A stretch of 64,000 nucleotides of DNA, from positions 186,001 through 250,000 of the forward strand of contig NIVC01000746.1 of NCBI GenBank assembly GCA_002269645.1. The letters are read 5' to 3'. The stretch comes from Macrostomum lignano (lineage: Eukaryota). Shown here piece after piece: positions 1 through 12,100 of this stretch. The number at the start of each line of letters is the position of its first letter. Position 1 is the first letter of the stretch. The position numbers and the translations under genes are program-made. The notes beneath the pieces are model-generated. The model did no database searches. It was not told where the DNA came from and saw only the letters and a program-made list of their open reading frames with translations.

Positions 1-168
1 TCTTTACAACGTGAATCTATTTTTGTTGAAATTCGAGCCTCAAAGCAGCAGGTAGAAAGCATCGCTGCTTTGTTAGAAGAGTGCAGCTCAGAAAAATCAC
101 TGGGATCACAGGGATATTTCTGTCACAAAGAGCCCTCCGCCAGTGTCGCATTCCCACCTGAAATTCAG

Positions 169-3100
169 ACGAAAATCCGCAGCGAAGGCAAGCACAAGAT
201 CGCTTTGGCTGCCAAGCGCGCCTGCAATCGAGCCAAGAACCTCACGGAACGGGTGCTGCCCTGTGAGTTGCGACAAAATTTGTCGGGGAAATTCCGAAAA
301 TACGAGCTAGCTTGCCATATATTATCCCAAAATCCCAAATCGTCCCAAGCAAACTGACACGAGAATCGTTTTTCAAAGCCCATTTTCTGACGGCCGTCTT
401 GCAGACGAACGCAACATTGTCCATTTGGATCAGTATTTGGACCAACCCGCCGCCGACCCAGGCAACGACGCAGCCGCGTGTAGTCATGGCAACGAGCCGT
501 ATATCAACGCGAGCTGGATTGACGTGAGCATCACGGATGCCAATGCTTTGTGCTACACACTTGGCTTTGTGTGAGAGTGTCCTGTTTTAAGTCGTTAATC
601 AGATCAAGTAATTACTGAAAAATCTTCAAAGAGTGAGTCTGTTATAATTACGAGTATAACCACTAAACGGACAGACTCTATTATGCTTCAGAAGAAAGGC
701 GCGCGATTTCGGTTTTGATCTTAGGAGCAACACACTCGGGTTTGAGTTGTGAGGCGTCAATAATATGTTGAGAAACTCATTCACACTATATTATAGCCAT
801 AGGCGGAGAGTCGCGCTCTTGTGATTCTCCCTGACGCTTCTTCACTTCTAAACAGGAACTGGGCCACTGATGTATTGAGGACGTTGCCAAGACTCCCGTG
901 CTATGAGGCTGCTCACTTATTAAAGAAATAATCGGTGAAGAGCTGATTAAGCATATCAGAATTTGACTTTGCACTGGCTACAGTACGAGCGTATATGCAG
1001 TGTGTGCAAGCATTGGCATGTGATGTCAACTTGGATTTGTCTGGGTCTTCCTTACTGGTAGATTAAAAGGGTCCAACATGTTTGCCCCGTTGGTAACTTG
1101 TCCTCCAAATGTCTGTCCCGTGTTGTGTATTACAGCAAAATTACAGTGGAGAGGCTTGTACGAGCGTAGCCTAGTGGTTAGAGTGTCAGACTCGCGACTG
1201 ATACGTCGTGAGTTCGATTCTCGACCCACTTGGAAAAATTTGTGTCCTTGAGCAAGACTTTTAACTCTGCACTGCTTCAGTTCACCCAGCTGTAGAATGG
1301 GTGCCTGCATTAGCTGGGGTAATTGAGGCTGTGTGTGGCGACCCCCCAGTCCTTGGACTGAACAGCCGTACGCAGCCTTCAGATACGCCGCGCAATAGCT
1401 GCGGCTGAGCTGTCGGTTGCACATCTGCCCATTAGGACAGGTGTAATAAATTATTGTTCTTATTATGTGCATTACAAATATAAATGACAAATACGTTTTC
1501 AGCCGGTGTCCCAGATTAAAGACAGTATCATTTTGTTATTCGATTGTGGCAACAGGTGTTCATGGAGCCCCTCACAACCAAATTGGATTCCAGGGCTACA
1601 AGCACCCGAAGAAGTTCATAGCAGCGCAAGGCCCGCTCTCCGCTACTAAAGCGGACTTCTGGCAGATGGTGTGGCAATATCAAGTACAGTGCATCGTCAT
1701 GACTACCAACCTGTTTGAGCACGCCAGGGTATGTCTGATTCTGTGAGAAATGAGCTATAGGATGGCGGGAATTATTTGCACCAAGTCCAGTGGTTGGTAT
1801 TCGAGAAAAGGAAAGCGAAAAGTTGAGTCCATATGGATTTAGCCGTGCTCAGGTCCGGGCACTTGACTTTACTCTTTCATGGTTTTGAGTTGAAGGCGCG
1901 GTTCGATCCGAGTCAGAGCTCAGCTCGTCACGCCGGACTTCAGAAGTGACAGGAGCTGCTAACTGAGCCATATGGTTTGCGCCAAGTCTGACTCCCGCTA
2001 TTCCCCTGAGTATGTGGCCAGACTGCAGCTCTGTTAGAGACGACCGCAGAGTTCACGCAGCCCCAGAGACCGATTTGTCCTTCTCCGGTTAAAAAAATTT
2101 AGCCTTTCAATTTGCATGAAAAAAATTCATTAATTCCTTTTGCCATTTCACATTTCTGGAAAATTCCTTCCGTCGGTGTTGCAACTCAAGAAAATCCATC
2201 AAACTTCTGGGCGAACTTCTTCAGCGCTTACTGCCTGGTCCTGAGTCTTGAGCACTCGCCCACCTCATGCCTGGATGACGTGTACAGTGTTTGTTTGCAA
2301 GAAAGTGGTTTTAAATAGACAGGTGCATCACAGAATAAGCTTCATATCAATGAGCAGATCACAAGACTCTAAGATAAGTTTCAACAATTAGAACAGTGTC
2401 GAACGGAGACGTTCGTCAGGCTTGGCTATAAGCTACACTCGTGGAACCCATCGATGCTGGAGGCAGAGGCTGCTTACGTTTTGTTACCGCGGAAGCAGTA
2501 CTCCTGTAGTTTAATTGCCGCATCGCAACAATAAAAAGTTTCCACGATCTCATCGAATTCATTTATCAGCAACAGTGCGACAAGTACTGGCACAATGTCC
2601 ACGCCATTTCATTCATCAGCACAATGTCCACGCCATTTCATTCATCAGCACAATGTCCACGCCATTTCATTCATCAGCAACAGTGCGACAAGCACTGGCA
2701 CAATGTCCACGCCATTTCATTCATCAGCAACAGTGCGACAAGCACTGGCACAATGTCCACGCCATTTCATTCATCAGCAACAGTGCGACAAGCACTGGCA
2801 CAATGTCCACGCCATTTCATTCATCAGCAACAGTGCGACAAGTACTGGCACAATGTCCACGCCATTTCATACTCATCAGCAACAGTGCGACAAGTACTGG
2901 CACAATGTCCACGCCAGATTCAACAGCCTGGACGTCTGGCTTGACGAACTCTACTCAACAGCCGAATACGAGATGCGCCTCTTCAGGCTGCAGATGGTGA
3001 GCTGAAATGTTTGCATTTTTATCGAGCGTTACCAAATATGAAACAAAAACAATCGCTTCTGCCTGGGCGTCCAGGGCGAGGACAGCAGCCAGGCCAGGAT

Positions 3101-6100
3101 CATCAGGCAGTTCCAGTTCAAGAACTGGAGTCACTTCGACACGCCGCTGCCAACCACCGTGGTTGAAATTCGGCGTAAAGTCAACGACTGGATGCGTGGC
3201 AAGGACGCGCCCATTGTGGTGCACTGCAGGTGCGGCCATTTTTTACCGCAGCTCGTCTTCATTTAATCAACGCACTTGCTCAGGGGCTTCAAACTAGTTA
3301 ATTACAGTTTCTTCTTGTCAAAACATTTTTTTATGTTTTTGCCTGTCTTGTCTCAGCCTCTCAAGCGTGCGCCGAATGGTTGATCCGAGTTTATTCTTTG
3401 TCTTGTTGGCTTCGATTCCTCACGCCTTAGAGAGGCCCGGCAGTTAATTCGCAAATCCAAAGGGCTGGAAAGAGATTAGCCTACCCTTGCAGGGTAATCC
3501 TTTCTAAGACAAGGACATTTAATCAGAAGGCTTCCATGCAGTTAATCAATGTAGTCGAAACAACTTATCATCAATTTTATCCTTCAACACTCTAGAATAG
3601 ACTGCATAGATCATATTTGCTCAAAAAATCAGATGTCCATATATGGAAGTGCTTGTCCATGTTTAAGTTTTTAGTTTTAGGTTCTAGCTGGGGTAATTGA
3701 GGGTGTGTGTGGCGACCCCCGAGTCCTTTGACTGAACAGCCGTTCGCAGCCTTCAGATGCACCTCGCAATAGCTGGGGCTGAGCTGTCGGTTGCACATCT
3801 GCCTATTAGGGCAGGTGTAATAAATTATTATCATTATTATTAACAATCAAACAATCTTTGATGGTTTCACACTATCCACGTGAAACTATAGGGCCGCCAT
3901 CGTTACATGTCCATCGTTACATAAACAATAAATTTCGCAGCGACGGGGCCGGCCGCACGGGCACGTACATCTGCATCGACATCGAGATCAGCAAGGTGGA
4001 GAACGGCAAGCCAGTTGACATTCTGCAGCAGACGCTGGCTCTGCGCAAAGCCCGATCAGGACTGGTTGGCAACATGCACCAATATCGCTTCATCTACGAG
4101 ACAATCTGCAGCTTCATCACCTGCCGGCCAACCACAATTAAAGCGTTTGAGTTTGCTCAACTGGTGGAGCGGATGTCGTCGGATGCGGCCGCAGCATCGT
4201 CGACTAACGCCGCAATAATTTCGGCTAAGAAGAAAGCGGCAAAATTCACAGTAAGTTTGGATTCGTGCCTGCGTCTTTTCATAATCAAGGGCGAATAATC
4301 AAGAACGAGTCCCAGATTATTGCAACTTATTACTACTGTTACTACGAATATTTTTGTTTGTTGTAACTGAACGGACTTATGCAGTTACAAATAGCCTAAG
4401 GGTACTTTCCATCAAAGTCAACGCATCGATTCGAAGTGCTTGACATTCAAGAGTCTTGATAAGGCCAGTAAATATAATACTACAGATTTCCTGGAAACAA
4501 CCATTCAATTTTGCGAGATCTTGTAATAATCTTTCATGTGTAATAAACCACTGAAACGAGGAGATACTCTATGGCAAAATCTCCTCGGCTTCGTCGTTTT
4601 TTTGTTGGTGGCGAATGCGGCGACTTGGATCGCGACATTCTGCTCGACGACGACGACGAAGCCTCGGAGATTCTGCATAGAGTATCTCCTCGTTTCAGTG
4701 GTTTATTACACATGGAATTGTGGAATTTTTGTGCTAAAACCTCTGCTACATGGCAGGGGAGGGGCTGATGAATTCTAGAATTCTAAAAGGACCACGAAGG
4801 GGCCGCGTGATTTTATGGCTGATGCAGATGTCTGCTTGGATTCTAAGATAGAATGTCGGGAAACCTGGCCGCTCTCTTATCTCTGCTTAAAACCAGGGAT
4901 TAACCCATTTTCTTCTGTGTCTCCTCACTCATCCGCCTACTTCCGCACTGCCAACTCGCAGCAGAACGGCTTCCAACTGGAGTTCGCCAATTTGACGGCC
5001 ATCGTGAAGTCGCTCAGCGTCGGGGAGTGCGCCGGCGGGCATCGGGCCGAGAATCGGTGGAAAAGCCGGGACGTCATGGTGCAGCCGCGTCAGAGTCTTT
5101 AAATTGTTGCGCGCGGGTTGCCGGGCTTAAAGAGGCGGGCGGTGAGGGTGATCAGTTAGGCTGTGTCTGCGATGAGCTAGAGCTGGGTCTGGTAAGGTGC
5201 AAATTAAGCTAAGGTGTACACGCCTCCCCTGAAGAGAGAATTCGGTCGATAAAATATGCCCTGAAAACTACTGATTTCCCATGAATCCATGACCCAGCAG
5301 AAGTCCAAAAAAGCAATCCTAGAAATCCTATCGCATTGTCTGCACAGTGTACAGGTATGCAAAATATTACAGTGACTTTAGTTGATATCGGTATAGAATG
5401 AAACTAATCCATTCTGCCAGAGCCTCAGAAGTTGGCCTTTCATGGCTGAGTATCGCCTCAGGCCAATCGCACGGAATCGAACCAACTATACATGCATACA
5501 TTTTTCGCAAGAGGCAGCTGCTCAGCCTCTCAATTGCTTCATCAGTTGTTTATTATTAAAGTGCAGCCGAGCTCTGGCGGCCCGTCTCTGTTCTGTCCAG
5601 CTCTCGGCCTGCCCAGGACAGTGCGGGACTCACATATAGGCTGATTTTGGATTTCACACGGTTTATCTGTGCACTGCGGCTGCCTGGCTTTTTTATTGCA
5701 TTTTGCACTTGGTGACCGGCACTTTAGCATTTCACTGCTGAGATTTGTCAACTCGAAAGCTCAGCTTCTCTACTCTCCATAAGATCCCAGCTCAGCTTCT
5801 TTGTTCTCTATCAGATCCCAGCTCAGATCATGCAGACTCCGCTCAATAAACGCTTGTTTTCTCATGCTTCGAGAAAGCGCTAAACTATCAAAAAAATGCA
5901 GCTGGCTGGCAGCCCAGCCTCCGCCCGTCATCTCTGAGCACAGAAGCGAAGGTGCAGTGAGGGGGCAGGCAGGGTGCTAAAGCACAATGCAGAGTCTCCA
6001 TTGTGCAAGGCTGGGGCTGCAACTCTTTCGGGAGCAGCTGCCACTGCAGCCTCAGACAGCTCAGCTTTGCGCTGGTCATCTCGGCAGCCTCATCGCTAAA

Positions 6101-9100
6101 TGAATCTCCAAGCTTCATCTGGAACGGCCCCACCCAGCTCAGCACTCGCAGTGCGACAGTCTGGCGTCATAAAAGCCCGCAAAGAGAAAACTACTCGAGT
6201 TCGCAATCACCCCATACTGGCCTCTCGAACCACCCAACCCCCGCAACTCCTGCCTGAGATAATAAATAAGTCTAGCTAGAATGCAGCTCCATTCAGCTCA
6301 CTACTCAAAACAGACCGAGTACAGCACTGCTGGTTGCCCCCGGAGTCTGCCAAACTGCAGGGAGGCTGACAGAGCGGTGAGCTGGCCTGAGAATAGCGAG
6401 CGAGCAGAGATACAGAGAGGTTAAGCTGGCCTCTCTAACCACCCGCTGCCTACAGCTCGACTGCGTTTTGTCTTAAAAAGCCATTGTGACCATGCTCGCA
6501 TATCATAATTCGATGGCTCTCAGGCCATTCAGTGCGTGCTCAAGCCTGTCTGTTGCTGCTGGCTGCAGGTGGCAGGAATGCAAAATGCAGCGAATTGCTG
6601 CGGCCGAGAGCTGGACAGAATAGATACGGGCTGCCAGAGCTCGGCTGCACTTTAATAATAAACAACTGATGAAGCAATTGAGAGGCTGAGCAGCTGCCTC
6701 TTGCGAAAAATGTATGCATGTATAGTTGGTTCGATTCCGTGCGATTGGCCTGAGGCGATACTCAGCCATGAAAGGCCAACTTCTGAGGCTCTCTGAGGCA
6801 GAATGGATTAGTTTCATTCTATACCGATATCAACTAAAGTCACTGTAATATTTTGCATACCTGTACACTGTGCAGACAATGCGATGGGATTTCTAGGATT
6901 GCTTTTTTGGACTTCTGCTGGGTCATGGATTCATGGGAAATCAGAAGTTTTCAGGGCATATTGTATCGACCGAATTCTGTCTTCAGGGGAGGCGTGTGTA
7001 CCAAATGAGTCTGTCTATAAAATTGTAAAATTGGTCAAAAGGCCAGACTTCAAACAAGTAAAAATTGAGCAATTTCGGAGCAAACACTAACCATGGATAT
7101 GCACTCTAAGGAAGAGGCTGGAGCGACACGCCATATTCACTTTGTGGAGCATCGGAGTAAATTTATTGATTTTTGATTCATCAATATCTCAGAGCATGCA
7201 TCACTGCCAAATTTCATTCCAAGGTCATGCAAAAAAGTGCAGCTTTAATGCTGTAGTAAAGTATCACTACTTTCAGCCAGGTGTATCAATTGAGTCCTGC
7301 CTGTGTCTACTAGGGGTTCAATTTATGTCTGATTACCGGGGTCAAATTAGGTCAAATTTTCCGTATCTGCCAGCGGATCAACTGCAAGTCACTTGTGTTT
7401 AGTTTGCACTTACTTGGGCTATAGACTGGGTTTCTAGGGTGAACCAGTCCGGTCAGCAGCTGTACGACTGCCTGCATGCACTCATATTTTCAGCGGAGCG
7501 GGCCAGACCCTACCTGCTGACACACGACTGCGCCTCAAGCACCGATTTCATCAATGCCGTGTACATCGACGTGAGCAATTGGTTTTATTTTTCTAGGAAC
7601 CACATGGAGGAACAGAAAACTCTGCTAACTGTCACCCACCGCAAAATTTCAGGGTCACACCAGGTCAAACCAGTACATTGTCACCCAGTGGCCGCTGCGG
7701 AACACGATATGCGACTTCTGGAAGCTGGTCAACGATCATCACGTGGCGGTGGTCGTGCTGCTTGTGGACTATTCCAATAGCTCAAGGGTGAATTGAAGGC
7801 TTGTTGTGTTGAATTTACATTTTACAGTGTTGAAATTTGCTTCAAACAATTACACTAATCAAACCTTTCTGAGACATCCGTAGGTACCGAAATACCAGGC
7901 ATCTTTTGTCTGCAAAGTCTTTCCAGACTTTCATAACGCTATGACCCTGGCACACTTTAAGCGACATTGTCCCACAACCGGCAAGAGGCATTACTGTCCA
8001 TTCCGCCGACTCCCCTGAGCAGGCACACAGGCGCGCGGATACGTACGCAATCATACGCACAGGCACACACTCACACGGGAGTGTACAGCGGCCCAAACTT
8101 TATTTATCGTTAGGCATGTACACTTCACTGTGCCTTGGGGCTTGGGCCTCAAGTGCGTTAATTGCACGAGCAGAGCCAAGACGAGATTCGAATTCAGCTC
8201 CAAATTAATGTGTTATGGAAGCGAGCATGGGCTCTGTGCTAGACCACTGGGCTACCCCCCCCCGCCTGTCGTGGGTTTTAGGTAGCAAAACTGACCTAGC
8301 AATGCAACACTAAATAATCAATAAATCATGGCACCTGCAACCCAACTCCCATCAATCAGAGCTATCCCAGATTCTGGCCGAACGCCAGGAACGAAGAGAC
8401 TGGCTACGGCTCCGTCTACGTGATCCTGCAGGACCAGTTCAGCGTTGGCACCAGCATCCGGGTTCGCATGCACACGGTTGCCAAGGTGATCAGAAAAGAA
8501 TGCCACCTAGGTTTTTGTGTGTATGCAGCGGAGCTTTAGCAAACCTTAAAGAGATTGCACAGACCAATTAAAATCCATGCACAGAAAGCCTAAAACCAAT
8601 GCAAGCCGCCGCCTTCGATCCTGAGCAGCAGGCAGGCAGTTGCAGCACCGGCCTCTCGCAGCGGGCCCGTCACGTGGCCTTTCTTTGCCTGGACGGCGCC
8701 AGCTGGCCGGCCGGAGCTCGCGCGCCCGCTTCCGGACACGGCCTGTTGGAGCTGGTCTGCCTGGCTGAGGAGACAAACCAAGCCATGGAGTGCACCAGCC
8801 CCATCCTGGTTGTGAGCAGGTGAGTAAAATGAGATTTCATCTCGCTACAGTTGATTCCGGGGCCTGGGATCACCTAAGAGTCATTGATAGGGCATTTTGC
8901 AACACATGAACACGTTTAAGTGTGACAATAAACTAACGATTGATTGCAAACTTTTGCTTGATCCTTATTTGGATATTGAGAATTTCAAATTTTAAAAACA
9001 GTCGGCCGTATAGTTATGTTAAAAACAGCAACAAATACGTTGTCACCCTGTCAAAAGAGCCATGAAAGGTAAAGACAACGTCACAGCGTACAACATCACA

Positions 9101-12100
9101 GGGGACAACGTCACAGGGGACAACGTCACAGGGGACAACGTCACAGGGGACAACGTGACAACGTCACAGGGGACAACGTCACAGGGGACAACGTCACAGG
9201 GGACAACGTGACAACGTCACAGGGGACAACGTCACAGGGGACAACGTCACAGGGGACAACGTCACAGGGGACAACGTCACAGGGGACAACGTCACAGGGG
9301 ACAACGTCACAGGGGACAACGTCACAGGGGACAACGTCACAGGGGACAACGTGACAATGTCACAGGAGATAACGTCGCAGGGGACAACGTCACAGGGGAC
9401 AACAATTAGTCTGTTTATGTTAAGCAGTAGATTATTTAGATTAATTGGTGCATGATTAAGTTTACTGAGTAATTTCCTTAGACATTCGATCACTGACGCA
9501 TCGATCGGCGATCCGTTGATTCTCTTGCATCGACTCATCTGTCAGTCAAGAGTTGCAGAATCCGCGCAGCTGTTCAAACTGCTCCATGCTGAGGTTGTTA
9601 GTGAGCAGGCTCCAGCACTGCAGCCAGCCATCGTAGGGTTCAATTCCCGTTGTCAAGCACCGGCCTACTTACTTACTTACTTACTACTGACGGGGGGCGC
9701 AGGCGCCGCGAATAGGCCGCGAGGCCCCTATCGCAACCCGGTAGCACCGGCCTATCAACAGGTCATTGTGAATAGTGAGCCAAGTAGAGTTTGTTGTACG
9801 TATCTTAAGGCTCAAATATTTATTGTTCAGCGTGGAACCGTTGAAAAAGGCCTGACTGTCAAAGCTGACACCGTTGAAGTTGATTCCGAAGCTGATGACT
9901 TCCCCTCATGATGGCTTATGAGGGGAATCGCTGGGATGTCAAAGCTTTTCTGAGGCGTCAAGGCTTACCAGGGGGGGGGGGTAATTGCTGAGATCTCAAG
10001 GCTGAGCGGTCGAAACCTACATGTAGTTTATTCAAAAAATTATTCCATTCTTTCCATTGGTTCCCCAATGGGGGCGCTGATTGCTAGTCAAATGCTGAAT
10101 AAGTTGCATAACAGCTCCTATTGCTTACATTGGATTCGACAAGAACTTTCCCTGGAAGAAGAAGGCAAATTTCTGTCCGTAGTAAAAGTGCTGGTAGAAC
10201 CCCGGTGTCGATACTCTCACATAGGAACTGCTCGAGCCCGACAGACGGATTCCATCGACGCCATTCCGCTCGGAGATGTTCACTGGCTGGGCCGGGTACA
10301 GAGCCGGATTAGCGAGGTTTTTGAAGCCCTTCTTGAAGTTGTAGAACAGCTGAACTTTCGACCAGAAGCTGGGAGTTGCAGAATTTGTCAAGTCAGTTGA
10401 CCCAGTCGGCAGTTTTCGTCTGATGATCATCAGTTCGGCGTTGCACCTGCCAGCGTCAGCTGACTCAGATGGAAGACTGCAGCCTCCAGCCTCCAGCAGC
10501 CTCCACTGGCTGTCAGGTAGAGAGACATCCGGCACCCAGAGTCCAGTGTGCAGCGAAGTGCGCATTCGGAGTCGCTCGCCGCGGTCGCTGGTGGAGCTTC
10601 AGGCGGGACCGCAGGACAACCGCTGGTCACCAGCTCCAACGCGGCTGAGACGCTCTCGCTGCACCAGACTGAGCCGTCGCAGGTGACCAGAAAAAACAGG
10701 CAGCCAAGACAGGCCTTCATTTTACTTTGCTTCGTAAATTTTCAGTCGCAGTGAGTGGGTCGTCAGGCAGATCACAGGCTAACTCTCCTGAAAATGTCTA
10801 TTATGCATTTATGACATCCGGGGGGGTGGTTTTCTGCATTGTGTGCTCAATTACAATAGCGCACAACTTTCTCGTTGCAGTAATCATACCAACCCTGGTT
10901 CTAATCTAAAAGATAGTTGAAACGGCGCAAACTTTGCTTGATTGAAGCAAATATAGACTTGCAATGTTGACCGGGAGGAAAAACGTTTCTTAGCAAATTA
11001 TAATGAAGAAAATTTGCTCAAGCAGGAAACAAAGTCACCTCATCCAGGAGTTTTTTCCAGGAGCTAAGTCAGTTAATCAGTTAGCAGCCAGAGGCTTGTG
11101 ACCAACACGCTGTGCCTTTGAGGTTGGCCCTCATTGGCGTCAATCACACCGCCAATTTATGTGGCCCGAACCTCAAATTAATGTTGGCGCAAGATTCCAA
11201 AGCAGAGCTCCCTTCCAAATGCAACGCCTGCCTTGCTTGGCTGTATCGCTCGCATTGCGTCTGCAAGATGCTTGCGAGAGCCCGCTGACAGATTTGTCAA
11301 TATGAGAACAGCTTTTGCTTCTTAAATTTCACGAGTGCCATCAATCGAATAATGATCGATTTTTGTTTTGGTTTTCAAAATTCGTCTCCCATTCGAAACA
11401 GTAACGGCGTCTCTCGCTGCGGCCCGTTCTGCGTGCTGCACATGACCATGGACAAGCTGCGGTTTGAAGGCGAAATCGACATCTTCCGCGCGGTGGAGAA
11501 GGTGAAGCGGAACCGGCCGCAGCTGGTTGAAAATTCGGTGAGACTGCGCTCGTATGTGTGGCCGGCCTCTTCAATGCGAAAGCTTTACGACTTGTTAGTA
11601 GTGCTGACTTGACTAAACGAGTGCTGGGTTCTTAGCGTTCGTACATTGAAGAATTGGTTTGACTGAGTTCTTAGCGTGAGTACATTGAAAAGTTGGTTTG
11701 ACTGAGTTCTTAGCGTGAGTACATTGAATAATTGGTTTGACTGGTTTCGGAGAGTGCGTACATTGAAAAGTTGGTTTGACTGGGTTCGGAGAGTGCGTAC
11801 ATTGAAGAATTGGTTTGACTGGGTTCGGAGCGTGCGTACATTGAATAATTGGTTTGACTGGGTTCGGAGCGTGCGTACATTGAATAATTGGTTTGACTGG
11901 GTTCGGAGCGTGCGTACATTGAATAATTGGTTTGACTTTGTTCGGAGCGTGCGTACATTGAAGAATTGGTTTGACTGGTTTCGGAGAGTGCGTAAATTGA
12001 AGGCCTGAATTGGCTTATGTACCTAATGGAGTTGGTTGGGTTGTGCTTGGGGCTCATGCAGATTAAAAAGATTTTGCTTTTTCCGAGCAAATTGTATCGC

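Noticed and set aside
4571-4768. Acidic ORF (DDDDE) as an extra PTP linker exon
   Set aside because: There is no convincing acceptor, and exons 4250 and 4962 join in phase without it.
5442-6817. The same peptide ([12 protein letters not shown]...) encoded on both strands
   Set aside because: This is a consequence of the transposon's inverted repeats and shows no protein-family motifs.
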